Assembly: GCF_001194135.2 (NCBI RefSeq)
Contig: NC_068988.1
Location: forward strand, 14,994,107-15,058,106
Origin: Octopus bimaculoides
Taxonomy: Eukaryota
Direction of reading: 5' to 3'
Length of the DNA: 64,000 bases
The notes under the pieces were generated by a model. The model searched no databases, was not told where the DNA came from, and saw only the letters and a list, made by a program, of their open reading frames with translations. Both the position numbers and the translations under genes were made by a program. Below, one piece after another: positions 33,301 to 45,700 of the stretch. How positions within the stretch are numbered: position 1 is the stretch's first letter; each line of letters begins with the position of its first letter.

Positions 33301-36165
33301 ATCAAAGCCTTGTGACGAGAAGTGTAAGAATCTCATGGGTGTATGTGTCTCCTCTTTGTCTTGAGATTTGAATGCTGATTGAAAACTAAGTCACTGTTCA
33401 CACAAACAGTGCCAGTTTAGTCTTCCACAAAAATATGTCTGGCCATTGAGCTGGTCATTGTTTAAAGGACTTAGGGAAATATTACCTTAGTCAGGAAACA
33501 GGTAAGAGTTGATGACAGGAATAGCATCCAGCAGTAAAAAATCTGTTTCAACAAATGTCTAACCCATATCAGCTTGGAAAACAAATGAATGTTAAAACAA
33601 CTACGATTTGAAGAACAAATTAGACTCTAGGAGTATGGGAAAATAAAATCATTAACTGATGTGGATAGAGATGGAGATTGTCTTGTTAGTTAATAATTAA
33701 AATTGCTAATGAACTAATTTCATTGGTTTGTTGTAGGTCTTGCACTCACCGTGATCGTCGGTTTCCTTACTGGACAGCAGATGCAACCTGGATGTCAACA
33801 TGGCCAGTAAATCCACTAGCCGTTGGTCAATATGTGAATAACCAAACTCCAGGTAAATACTGTCAGCTAACCTTTTATTTATTTATTTATTGTTTCAATC
33901 ATTGAAGTGCAGCCACACTGGAGTAAAGTATTAAGGTGTTTTTGTTAATAATATCACACACAGCTCCCCACCATTTATTTTTAAGTTGATTATCTTACTG
34001 ATCTCTATTTTAAGTTATGAAGAATTGAAATAGAACGCTGTTTTTCAAGAGGTGTCAATGTAAAGAAAAACATGGAGACTAACACATATATATTCCCATT
34101 CCTTTTTTGTCCACGTTTTTTGATGTCCTGTATACGGATATGCATCTATATATACATGTAGATGTAGGTATGTACATATATGTATGTATATATGCATATG
34201 CTCATATACCATTTGTATTATATATACACACACATACATATCCATTTAGCATCCATATTTTATCCTGGCATGAGTTTGAAGGCACTTCACAGGATCTGAC
34301 AGATTTGAGGACTGTTGGGTTCCCATGTCTGCTCTGGTGTAATGTACACACACATCCACACAAGCTTATTTCAGTTTCCATCTTCCAAATCCACTCACAA
34401 GACTTTGGTCGGTTCGAGGCTATAGTAGAAGACATGTGCCCAAGGTGCCATGCAGTGGGACTGAACCCAGAACCATGTGGTTGGGAAGCAAGCTTCTTAT
34501 CGCACTCAAAGCCAGGACCCTTTCAGTATCCCTCATGTTATTGATAGTTTTTTTGGTTTATTTTACTATTGCGTGGTAAGAAGCTTGCTTCCCAACCACA
34601 TGGTTCCAGGTTCAGTTCCACTGCATGGTACCTTGGGCAAGTGTCTTCTACTATAGCCTCGGGCCAACCAAAGCCTTGTGAGTGGATTTGGTAGACGAAA
34701 TCTTAAAGTCCGTCGTATGTATATATTTTGTGTGTGCCTGTGCTTGTCCCCCAACCATCACTTGACAACCGATGGTGGTGTGTTTACATCCCCATAACTT
34801 AGCAGTCGATTTGTTTGATAAAGGCAGTGCTCCAGCATGGCTGCTGTCAAATAACTGAAACAAGTAAAAGAATTAAAGAATATTGATAGAAAGGCAGCAA
34901 GCTGGCAGAATCATTAACGCACCAAACAAAATGTTTAGCAGCATTTCTTCCGGCTTTTTAAAGTTCTGAATGCAAATTGCACTCAGATTGTCTTTGTGTT
35001 TCATCCTTCCAGGGGTCAATAAAATAAAGTACCAGGTGAGGCACTGCAATTGATATAATCAAAAAAATTACTGGTGTTCTGCCAAAATTTGAAATCATTA
35101 TTGATAGTTAATGTTCAATCTGCATTGCTAAATTCTTCAATAACACTAATGTTTTACATACAAGGAGTTGCTGAAAAGTTCTTGACTTTAAGAGTGTCAC
35201 AAAAAGGTATGGTTGGAGGCCCAACCTTCCGAGTTCTTTTACAGGGATTAGAAAAACTTAAGGACCGCTGCAATAAGTGCGTGAAACTGGGTAGGGAATA
35301 TGTTGAATAAAATCATAATTGACTGATCCTCCTGTATTTTCTTTTACCTTAAACCAGGAACTTTTCAGCACTCCCTCATATATACGGTGTCTTTGTGTAC
35401 AAAAATAATTCTTCTCTTTTTATTCCAGAATTTCCAGCCAATGTAGCTTATCAAGAATTTGACATCTCATCAGATTTTCCAATACATCTCAGTAGATATC
35501 TTCCTTATGTAGAATACAGTGGAGGCCTTAATTTATATAATTCAGTCAACAGGTATGTATAGTTTTATTTTTCTATTCAGTTGCTGAGAAACATCAACTT
35601 GTATATACAAGGTTGGCCAAAAGTCACCTGACAGTAAATTAAAACCCTTGCCACTGTCTGATGATCAGTGCTGGTGTGTTTATATCCCCATAACTTAGTG
35701 GTTAGGTAAGGGAGACCAACAGAATAAATACCAGGCTTTAAGGAAAAAAGTACAGTGGTCGATTCATTTGACTAAAATCCTTCAAGGTGGTGCTCCAGCA
35801 TGGCCACAAGTAACTGAAACCAGTAAAAGTGATATATTACACATCTACACCAGTTGGTTGTCTCAGTAAACATTCAAATAGTTTGAAAATTATTAACATG
35901 TAAATAAATAAATAGAACAAAAAAAAGAAGGCTTTTTTATTATTTTATGTTTTGAAACAGAATTAAAAATTTGACTCTCATGGAGGTTTGTTCATTTATT
36001 TTAAAAATTTGTTCAGAAAAACTGGTCTCCTTATTAAGGATGTCTTTTATTTATTTTTTGTGCAGGTTATTAAGAGGTGTGGCACTTGTTTCACTCCGCT
36101 CGATCCATGCAGGAGAAGAATTGTTTTCAACATACTTTACAGTTATAGAAGCCCCCCAACAGTAA
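27276..36165 (+). CDS. SETD9: SET domain-containing protein 9 (whole gene, 6 coding exons, 295 aa)
   Basis: join(27276..27361,31778..32115,32791..32914,33737..33852,35429..35552,36066..36165) = 888 nt, GT-AG, phases consistent. Motifs RWRQYRHRFTPWLAFN, AGGGIFVTKGSIP...LYPG, FIFRCADQIHIDGNDRGLSK, NPLAVGQYVNN, ANVAYQEFD and AGEELFSTYFT match SETD9 as I recall it. Confidence 0.95.
28375..28815 (+). mobile_element. Merlin (IS1016/ISXO2-like) transposase relic
   Basis: One frame: SRSPAIVESMMLQHVETESITKLADDSPAFENLDSHGFVHMRSN...NTGFYTDPVDGG*SEAKREY*LTAGTSTDLFASYFIEFMWREK. Matches the ISXO2/Merlin C-terminal pattern (TD..AY..L...GY.H..VNH...TG.HTN.IEG.WS.AKR...SYL.EFMWR). The left end is in a gap. 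Confidence 0.65.
29702..30059 (-). mobile_element. SINE family B, alternative 3' tail
   Basis: Same head as 7886; tail shared with the 39974 and 48529 copies. Confidence 0.8.
30820..31290 (-). mobile_element. Old RTE-type LINE fragment
   Basis: IWSSKSVPNELKTRLVQVFIWPIGYLWSQS resembles the RTE post-RT motif (IW.SK.I..K.RLV..LIWP.A.YGSESW); frameshifted. Confidence 0.6.
31778..32115 (+). CDS. SETD9: SETD9 exon 2
   Basis: Poly-T acceptor; TKRHVESPQSDKLIPDS...ILGFTLERKSSSLSEAGGGIFVTKGSIPANTFVCLYP; GTAAGT donor. Confidence 0.94.
32132..32322. repeat. 63-bp near-perfect inverted repeat (arms 32132-32194 and 32260-32322)
   Basis: One mismatch over 63 bp with a 65-nt loop. 12-bp direct repeat TTTAATTAAAAC at 32121-32132 and 32384-32395. 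Confidence 0.9.
32791..32914 (+). CDS. SETD9: SETD9 exon 3
   Basis: TIYRVHDPLFFQSLKNQFIFRCADQIHIDGNDRGLSKLIF. Confidence 0.95.
33072..33117 (+). ncRNA. Hammerhead motif in SETD9 intron 3 (sense), headless SINE tail
   Basis: GACAC-CTGATGA-A-GGCTG-gagggtatat-CAGCC-GAAA-CGTT-GTGCT; core intact, one A-C mismatch in stem I. Confidence 0.72.
33737..33852 (+). CDS. SETD9: SETD9 exon 4
   Basis: SCTHRDRRFPYWTADATWMSTWPVNPLAVGQYVNNQTP. Confidence 0.95.
34565..34875 (+). mobile_element. SINE family A copy (internally deleted)
   Basis: Head and tail match. An inverted partial copy lies at about 34370-34505. Confidence 0.75.
35161..35378 (+). mobile_element. Mariner-derived MITE
   Basis: TIRs with the core GCTGAAAAGTTC.TG and TA flanks. 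The internal remnant [23 protein letters not shown] matches a mariner C-terminus. A related partial copy lies at about 24410-24570. Confidence 0.75.
35429..35552 (+). CDS. SETD9: SETD9 exon 5
   Basis: FPANVAYQEFDISSDFPIHLSRYLPYVEYSGGLNLYNSVN. Confidence 0.95.
36066..36165 (+). CDS. SETD9: SETD9 exon 6 (terminal)
   Basis: LLRGVALVSLRSIHAGEELFSTYFTVIEAPQQ then TAA. Confidence 0.95.
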
Positions 36166-37184
36166 TTGTGTACCTTTGAACTGCTTGTTATCAAAAGGAA
36201 AACTAATTTAAGTAATTAAGATGGTGAAAGAGATCTTTAAAGAAGTTTTTTATCAGTAAAAGTTGTTTTGCCTCTTTTTTTTAATTTGGTGATCAAGTCT
36301 TAATAATTGATTTAACTGTAATAACTAGGAGGACATGATGTTTTTCTTTCTTCCCATGCAATCATTCAATAACTTTAATGCTTCAGTATTCAAACTGGCC
36401 ATATCTGGTCCAAATATCCTACTTCTTTTATGTTCAGACTAATCAGATCCAGCCTCTCTCACCTACCCTACAATGTCTTTCTTAAAACAAACATTCACAT
36501 CATTGAAATCTCAAAGCTATGAGATAATCCATAATTAATTCAAAATGAATGTGAATAAATAAGCTTTATATTTGACAGAGTAATCTGAATACAAAAGGGT
36601 TAAATATTTAATTTAATCCTCTTAATCAGAATGAAGCTAATGACGTTTCTTAATTGAGATCCAAGTACAACATAAATAATTTTTCATCAGTGATATGTCT
36701 TTTGAAATATTTACAAACTTCTTGCAGTTCTATTTGTTAAATTAACTACATAAGACATCTTGATCAAGAGATTAGTTTAACAAATATAAAACTTTGTTTT
36801 ACTACACATCAAAATATAATGTTTAAATTGACAAATGTTTTGTATTTTTCCTTTCCACCCAGTTAGCTTATGTATAAGTATCTGATCATTGTGACCCAAA
36901 ATTCAAATAAATATATCCATATCCATATAAAAAAAAACCCCAGTTTGGTTAGTACTGTACCCAAAATATGCTAAATGTTACTGATTATGACTCCCAGTGA
37001 TAAAACAAAAAAAGTAAAGGTGATATTAATTAAAGAATTATGAAAAAATGTAAATAAAACCAAATTCTTATTTACAGTGATGTTTCAAATGGGAGTGTAT
37101 ACAAAAACAATGCACAATTTCTAGAGTGATTCCTCAGGCTGTGCAGAACATTTCTAGAATCTTGCTTCTTCAAAATGTCCATGC

Positions 37185-37249
37185 CTAAAGTTCTTCACCT
37201 TGAGCTTTGTTTTTGATGGCCTTCAGAACATTTTTCATACTTGTTAGTA
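37185..37249 (-). CDS. TXNDC12: TXNDC12 exon 7 (terminal)
   Basis: LTSMKNVLKAIKNKAQGEEL then TAG; KDEL-like ER-retention tail. Confidence 0.92.
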
Positions 37250-39491
37250 CTAAAACGGAAAATGAACACATTTTAAAAATTTACATGAAACACATTTTGA
37301 AATATATTTTACAATTAATTATTAATGCAAGATATACTGAAGGTATAACTAGGTGAAGTTTTCATTACTCTCCTACACACTCTCGTTATTTTTTAAAATC
37401 AGCCAACAAAAGTATTTGAAATAGTAGTCAAATCTCCCATACTATATGATGCTATTTTTAAGAAAAGAATGGAATAGTCATATTTGGAATTCCTTTGACT
37501 TTCAAAGACTGACCTGGGGCTAAACAGTAATAGCCGTTACAAATACATGTCACTTGTATCAATGAAGGGTAGCAGGTAACAAAATTGGATATCTGGAGTA
37601 ATGTTACTTGATGCATAACTAAAGCTCAGAGATCAGGTAATCTCTCCAGATTGAACCACTACTTCTCATTGAGCAGTCACAGCTCCAGTGTTACAGACAT
37701 GTAGTTAGAAAGCTGCAGGAAAGAATTAAAAGACAGATTCTTCAAGCCAAGTGAACCAGCTGGAGACCTAGAGGTAGGCCACAAGTGAGAATGGCTGAAT
37801 AATATCCATAGTCTCAGATGGTCATGTTTGGGAATCCAGAAAAAGTCCAATGATTGTTGCTTCTGACAGTAAGAGCCTTATGGAGGTGCCTTGAGACCAT
37901 CCCAGAAATAGCAGGTAGCAAGGACTAATAAAGAATTTATTAAATTAACCCTCTTGGGACACTCAGGATCAATTGATCAGCCCAAGTGATACAAGCTGCT
38001 AAGACTTTGAGGCTGATCTATCGGCCTGATGAGACAAACGTTTTGAAGTGTAATAGCCAATCAGAGATCGTCTTTCAGTAGATATAATATAAAACTATAT
38101 AATACCTAAATTTTTACATACTAATAAAGTAGTTTTAAGCACTTTATCCTTTGTTTTCTACATGCACCTGTCAATTTCAATCTCAACAGGAAAAACATTT
38201 TGGTATTTTTGGCTACACATAGCAAAATGCTGTCTCAAAAAGGTTAAGTTCATGTTTAGAATATAATAGGAAATTTTAATGCAAGGTACTCATTCATATC
38301 TCTTAAAAACAAGTAGTTTGTATTATAGAGCCAAGTGCAGTCTCAGACAAGTTGGTGTCAAAAGGGTTAAATGCACATGACTATACAACATCACCTAATT
38401 ATTAATAATAGTTACAATCATCATATATGGAACAGATCACTAAATTAGGGATTTCTTTCATTCAGTCTGTTTTATCATTCCCTTGTTACAGGTTCTTCAA
38501 AAACTGAAATGGCAAAGCAAATAAAAGTTATTTCTTGCCCTGCTCTACCTCAATTGTTTTGTTCTCTTTGAGTAAGGAAGATAACTCTTCTTGCTTCTTA
38601 CATTTTCAGTTAAGCCTTTACTCCAGGTCTGTAGAATACCACGATCTAATCAAACATTTATTACAAGCTCAAAAGTCTAGCAACCTCAATTCACCACGCT
38701 TCATTCAGGCCTGAGATCATGAAACATGTTAATCTGAAGTATTTGGAATATAATTTATATGGCTGGAAGATAAGTAATAAATCTTTCTAGAATATTGTAT
38801 GTGATAGACTGGCATTATATCTATAAGGAGATATAAATCTACTTACTGCTATAGAGGAATGGTTTCCCATACATTATCATGAGATATACTTAGACACATC
38901 ATCAGTGAGTTTTCTTGGGATCATTATGTGTTTCAAGTTTTTCAACATCAGACACCCTAATCCATGTAAGCTAGCTCCAGACAGCACTTCTAGTAGCATT
39001 GATCCTTTCAGGGTTCATACCTTGTGGAGCACAGACCTTGAAGCAACCTCTACTACCTCCACAGTCAACTTGATAGCTTTCAACCTACCGGCCCCTTCGA
39101 TGCCCTGCATGTTATAAACTCTGCAAAAGGATTTGCCTGCAAGCTCTTTGAATCCCACATGGATAGGATTACCCCTTGCTTGTCAACCATTGCTTTGGCA
39201 TAGCTCCACTAGCTCAGCATATTTCTTCCTCTTATTATCATTAAAACGATCTTGCAAAAATAATAATAATCCTCTCCACTATAGGCACAAGGCCTGAAAT
39301 TTGGGGGAGGGGGAGGGTCAATTACCTCAACTCCAATGCTCCACTGGTATCAATATTTATTTTTATCAAACCCAAAAGGATGAAGGGCAAAGTCAACCTC
39401 GGCAGAATTTGAACTCAGAACACGAAGACAGACAAAATGCCGCAATGCATTTTGCCCAGCATGCTTATGATTCTGCCAACTCAACACCTTT

Positions 39492-39527
<36 letters not shown>

Positions 39528-42500
39528 TTCACTTTAACAAGAGATTCAGATTTCAAAACTTTCAACCTCCATTTAAAAAAAGAAAACCAGATGTAAAAAA
39601 AAAAAAAAATCAAAAATATTCAGAAAGGAAACAAACAAAAAGAAATTACTCTCACCTTGTGATATTGCTGGATAATAATATTTATAGTTAGGATTTCCTT
39701 CTTCATTAAAGAAATCAAGCATTACATCACCATTACTATCTGAAAATAATTAAATTGAAATCTTTAAATGATTTACTGAGAATAATAAGTCTAAGAAATG
39801 CAGTAGTTTTTCTATGCTAGCAAGGGTTGGGCAAATACACTTTGAGAATTTGTTTTGACAACAAGCAGTTTAATAAAAAAGGTTCATGAAATAAGAATTG
39901 GAGTCGGCTTGATCTGAATCCTTCAAAATGGTGCCCCAACATGGCTGCAGTCCAATGACTAAAGTAAAGAAATGTTGGCACTCCGTCGCTTACGACGTCG
40001 AAGGTTCCAGTTGATCCAATCAACGGAACAGCCTGCTCGTGAAATTAACATGCAAGTGGCTGAGCACTCCACAGACACGTGTACCCTTAGCGTAGTTCTC
40101 GGGGATATTCAGCGTGACACAGTGTGACAAGGCTGACCCTTTGAATTACAGGCACAACAGAAACAGGAAGTAAGAGTGAGAGAAAGTTGTGGTGAAAGAG
40201 TACAGCAGGGTTCGCCACCATCCCCTGCCAGAGCCTTGTGGAACTTTATGGTGTTTTCGCTCAATAAACACTCACAACACCCAGTGTGGGAATCGAAACC
40301 GCGATCCTATGACCGCGCGTCCGCTGCCCTAACCACTGGGCCATTGCGCCTCCACCAATGTAAAGAAATACTAAAAAAGTTTACCACATTACATTTTATA
40401 CAAAAGCAACATAATTTTCATTTAGCAATAATATTATATATCTTTGAACACCTTGTGGAATCAATAATTATTTAGAAATATAAGAAAACTTAAAGATGGG
40501 ATCTTACCAAGAAATAATATCCTTGGTATATATCCTCCATCTGGTGAATATTTGGAGTCTTGATCATCCTAGAATGGATTAACAAACATGAATTAGTTTC
40601 GACAGGGTTTTATGCAAGGATCCATTTTAACCCTTTAGCATTCAGATAATTCTGTCTAATGTAATGCTTATTTACCCACAGTGTTTTGAATCACACATAC
40701 ATTAGCTTTTTGTGCTGAGATTTCAATGATGCGCTTGTTTATTTTTAGTATGGTATTGTAGGGTAGGTGTGAGAGGCTGAATATGGCCAGTTTGAACATA
40801 AAACAGGTAGAATATTTGAGCCAGATACAGCAGGTTTAAATGCAAAAGGGTTAACCCTTTAGCATTTAGATTACTCTGTCAAATGTAATGTAATTCATAT
40901 TGTTTTCAATTGATCATGCATTATCTTGTAGCTTTGAGATTTTGATGATGTGATTGTTAATTTTTAGAATGAAATTATAGGGTAGATGGCAGAAGCCAGA
41001 TCTGGCCAGTTTGAACACAAAATAGGCAGAATATTTTGGCCAGATACGGCCAGTTTGAATGCTAAAGAGTTAAAGGTAAGATCATTTATACCAATTACAT
41101 GGATGTCAACACAAAGAGGTCCAAGCATTCGACCACTAAAACACACACATGTACATACCTATAAATACATATATGACAGGCTTCTTTCATTTACTATCTA
41201 TCAAATCCAATCACAAGGCCTTGGTCAGCCCAGGGCTATATAGTAAAAGACACTTGCTCAAGTTTCCACACAGTGGAACTAAATCTGAAACCATGTAGTT
41301 TAGAAGCAAACTTCGTAGATACACAGCCACACTTGGCTTTAAAATGCTGTCTCACGTAAGTTCCCATCAGGTATGGCTGTGTGGTAAGAAGCTTGCTTCC
41401 CAACCACATGGTTCCAGATTCGTCCCACTGCATGGTACCTTGGGCAAGTGTCTTCAACTATAACTTTAGGCCGACCAAAGCCTTGAGTGGATTTGGTAGA
41501 CAGAAACTGAAAGAAGCCCGTTGTATGCATGTGTGTGTGTGTGTGTGCATGCCTTTGTGTCTGTGTTTGTCCCCCCACCCCACCAACACTTGACAACCAA
41601 TATTGGTGTGTTTATGTCCCCGTAACCTGGCAGTTCAGCAAAAGAGACTGATAGAATAAGTACTAGGCTTACAAAGAATAAGTCCTGGGGTCAATTTCTT
41701 TGACTAAAACTCCTTAAAGCAGTGCTCCAGCATGGCTGCAGTCAAATGACTGAAACAAGTAAAAGAATAAAAGAAATCCAACCCATACCAGCATGAAAAA
41801 AGGACATTAAACAAATGAAAAGATAGAGATGTGTCTCTTAACAACCCGAATCTTCTGAAAACCGAAACAAGTTCCATCATACAGCAACACCTTCCAGCAA
41901 TAATGGTCAAAACAAAATATAAGAAAAATAATACCAACGTACAGGAGAATTCACCATTATAAATTCTTTACTAAGTTCACCAATTTCTTCAGAGTCAGCA
42001 AATTTTGGTTTCAAAGCTAAAACAAAACAAGAAAATAATTTTTAGCAATAATTAAATTTTGAAAGCCAAGTTTTCAATGGAACTAGCAAATTTCAAAAAT
42101 TCCTCATAACTGATGAAAAGCCAACCAAAAGAACACAACCAGTCGTCCTAATACTCAGATGAGCGCTTACTGAGAAGACATACAGTCAGAAGTGTTCCAA
42201 TTTCAGTTCAAATTCCACCCAGATCAACTGCCTTTCATCCTTTCAGGGTCAATGAAGTGAGTACCAGTCAAGCACTGGAGTCAATGTAATCAACTGGCCC
42301 CTTCCCCCAAAATTTCAGGCCTTGTGCCTACAGCAGAAAGGATTATTAGGATTATGAGTTGCAGAATTAAAAACCATTAAATGAAGAAACCATTTGACGA
42401 CCAAAGGTGTTTTTTTTTATATATATATTGGCCTGTGACAAATTGCAAACTAATATTCACCAATTACCACCAAAAATTCATTCCCAAACAATTAGGCAAG

Positions 42501-42742
42501 TCTTGAAGTTTAAAATAAGTTTGTTTTCTGGCAAAACAAAAAAAGCAAGGGGTGTAAACAGTCACAACCAAAAAATACATGTAACAGGAGTGGCTGTGTG
42601 GTAAGTAGCTTGCTTACCAACCACATGGTTCCGGGTTCAGTCCCACTGTGTGGCACCTTGGGCAAGTGTCTTCTACTATAGCCTTGGGCTGACCAAAGCC
42701 TTGTAAGTGGATTTGGTAGACGGAAACTGAAAGAAGCCCGTC

Positions 42743-42787
<45 letters not shown>

Positions 42788-45700
42788 GTATGTATATATA
42801 CATATATATGTATATGTATGTATGTGTGTTTGTGTGTCTGTGTTTGTCCCCCCCACCATCGCTTGACAACCGATGCTGGTGTGTTTACATCCCCTTAACT
42901 TAGCGGTTCGGCAAAAAGAGACCCATAGAATAAGTACTAGGCTTACAAAGAATAATTCCTGGGGTTGATTTGCTCGACTAAAGGCGGTGCTCCAGCATGG
43001 CCGCAGTCAAATGACTGAAACAAGTAAAAGAGTAAAAGAAAACAATCATCATCATTCATCATTTAACGTCCATTTTCCATGCTGGCATGGGTTGGACAGT
43101 TTGACAGGAGCTGGCAAGCCAGAAGACTGCACCAGGCTTCACTGCTTTGCCATGGTTTTTACAGCTGTATGCCCTTCCTAATAGTAAAAACATAAACAGT
43201 AACATTTCAAATTTATTTCAGGAATTAATGGAATTTATGATAATGTTTATTTTACCTTTACAGGCTCCACACCATGATTTATGAAGGATAAACATCAAAG
43301 ATTTATTCCTGAAATTTAAAAAGAAAATAAGGATAATTAGCTGGCAGAAGGTGAAAAAATTAAATGAATCAAATCTTGATACATCATCATTGTTTAATAT
43401 CTGTTTTCCATGCTGTCATGAGTTGGATGGTTTAACATGGAGCTAGTCAGAATCCAACTGTCTGTTGTGGCAGTGTTTCTACAGCTGGATGTCCTTCCTA
43501 ATGCCAAATACTTAACAGAGTGTGCTGGGAACATTTTACGTGACACAGGTATGGGTGCATTCTCATGCAGCATCAGTACAGGTGTGTTTACACAACATCA
43601 GCACAGGTGCTTTTTATGTGGCACCGGCACCTGAAAGGACAAGCCTGTATGTATGGAAGACTGATTTTATTTAGCTTGAAGCATCTTTTCAAGTACAGCA
43701 AATCGTCACAAAAGCCATCAACTATTCAATGACTTGCAAATACATTGAAAAATTTTTAGTCTCAGTCTGAGACACACAGAGAACATCTGTCTTCTTGTGG
43801 TTCATGGCCCTTCATCAAATAATGATATGGTCCCAAGTACACCATGCATGAATAAGAGACACGAAGGACATTAATGAAACATCTTGAACAGAGGTTTCTT
43901 CAATCAAGACTGAATGGATTTAAATCACAGCATAATATAGTTCAAGTTGAACTCACGATCTACAGACTGGTGATCCAATATTTAGGTGTATGTGTGGACA
44001 CGAATGAGGTTGTGACTGGTTGACAGGACACTGAATAACTGAAAAGAAGACAGTTGGTACCATGTCACCAATGCTGCATCTGAGCATATAAAATTTATCT
44101 CTCAACTGCAAGAGAAATTAACTCCAATTGTGTGGTCTCTGTTGGCGTTTAGTACCAAATCAGCTCTTATCAAACTTATGATCAAAGGTGTTCTCATAAT
44201 GACCAGGCCATCCAGCTCGTTACCTCAGACAATGCCTCTTGTGATTCCACTAATCTTCAAACGTATAGAGTAACTAGTCATGCTGTAAACCCTTTTGATA
44301 TCAACCCATCTGAGACCACCCTTAATTCTAAGATATAAACTTTCTGTTTTAACCCATTACCTACCAGTGATCTCATTTGAGATCACTTAAAAATTACAAA
44401 TTTCGTAATTATCTGTCAATATTTACACATATCTAACCTTTTTGCTATATCTACTAGGTATATTTCTCTGATATTCAAATAAGGTTTGCTAATTTTTCAC
44501 CCAATATCTCACTTATTTCTATTTAAAATGTTATTTTGATCATTCCAGCGTGTTTCTAAGGCTGTTTTATGCTAGAAATCAAAGTTTCATAAAAAAATTC
44601 CAGTTAATAGAATTATGGGAGGTAATGGGTTAAAGTCATCTGTATTAAAACCGTCCATCAAAATTTCATGTTATGTTCCAAACATCAGCTTAATAATAAT
44701 GACAAAGTTATTTTACTAAATTCTTCATTATTTTCAACACTAATTGAAACAAATGGAGTGTATATCAACAGAAATAAGGTAACAAAGAGGTTAACAGGGT
44801 ATGTAACCATCATAACCCTATTTCACTCAAGCAGTGACAAGTGAAGATGCTTAATGTCAACATACATACAAACACCCACACATACATCATATTGTTTAAA
44901 ATTCATCTTCCATGCTGGCGAGTATTGAACAGCTCAACAGGATTTGAAGACCGTGTTGAGTTTCGATGAATGTTTTGGCAGGGTTTTTGCAGCTGGATAC
45001 CATTCCTAATGCCAATTACACACATATACATTTATATAGGCTCTATACAGTTTCCATCTACTCACAAGGCTTTGATTGGCTCAGGACTATAGCAGAAGAC
45101 ACTTGACTAAGGTGCCATGCAGTGGGACTGAACATGAAACTACATGGTTGCAAAATAAATTTAGTAACTACTCTGTCACATTCACACCGATAAGTATTGA
45201 AATAAATAGGGAAAATTCAAATTATAAATTTTGATAAGTGATAGTGTCTAACAGATTGAGGTCACATATTAGATGTCTGTGTATAAAAATTTATTAAATA
45301 ATAGGGAAAATGAAAAATAATCATAAATTTTAAGAATCAAATACACTCACTGATTTTTAGATTTCTTTAATCCATCTTGAAGATTATGCCAAGCTATATG
45401 GTCACCCCATCCTGGAAGAATTAATAATAATGATAGTTTGTTATATTTTAATTATTGTCTTCATACTAATTAATATAAAATGTCAGTTACCAAAGACAAA
45501 AAAAAATATGACATATAAACTGATATGGTTAACAGTAAAAAAGAAAATATAATTAAAGAGGTTGAAAAGATCTCCAAAATGTAAAGGTTTCGAGCAGTTG
45601 ATGGTTTCAAACTTTTTCAGTCTCATCAGCCAAATACAATCTAAACTGAACACTATTAGATAAATGATATTACCTCTCTTTAGTCTCTTTAGCTAATGGC

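Noticed and set aside
38940-38990. CTGATG...GAAAC in the HERO-like 3' UTR as another hammerhead
   Set aside because: The core reads CUGAUGU rather than CUGANGA, and stems I and II cannot form.
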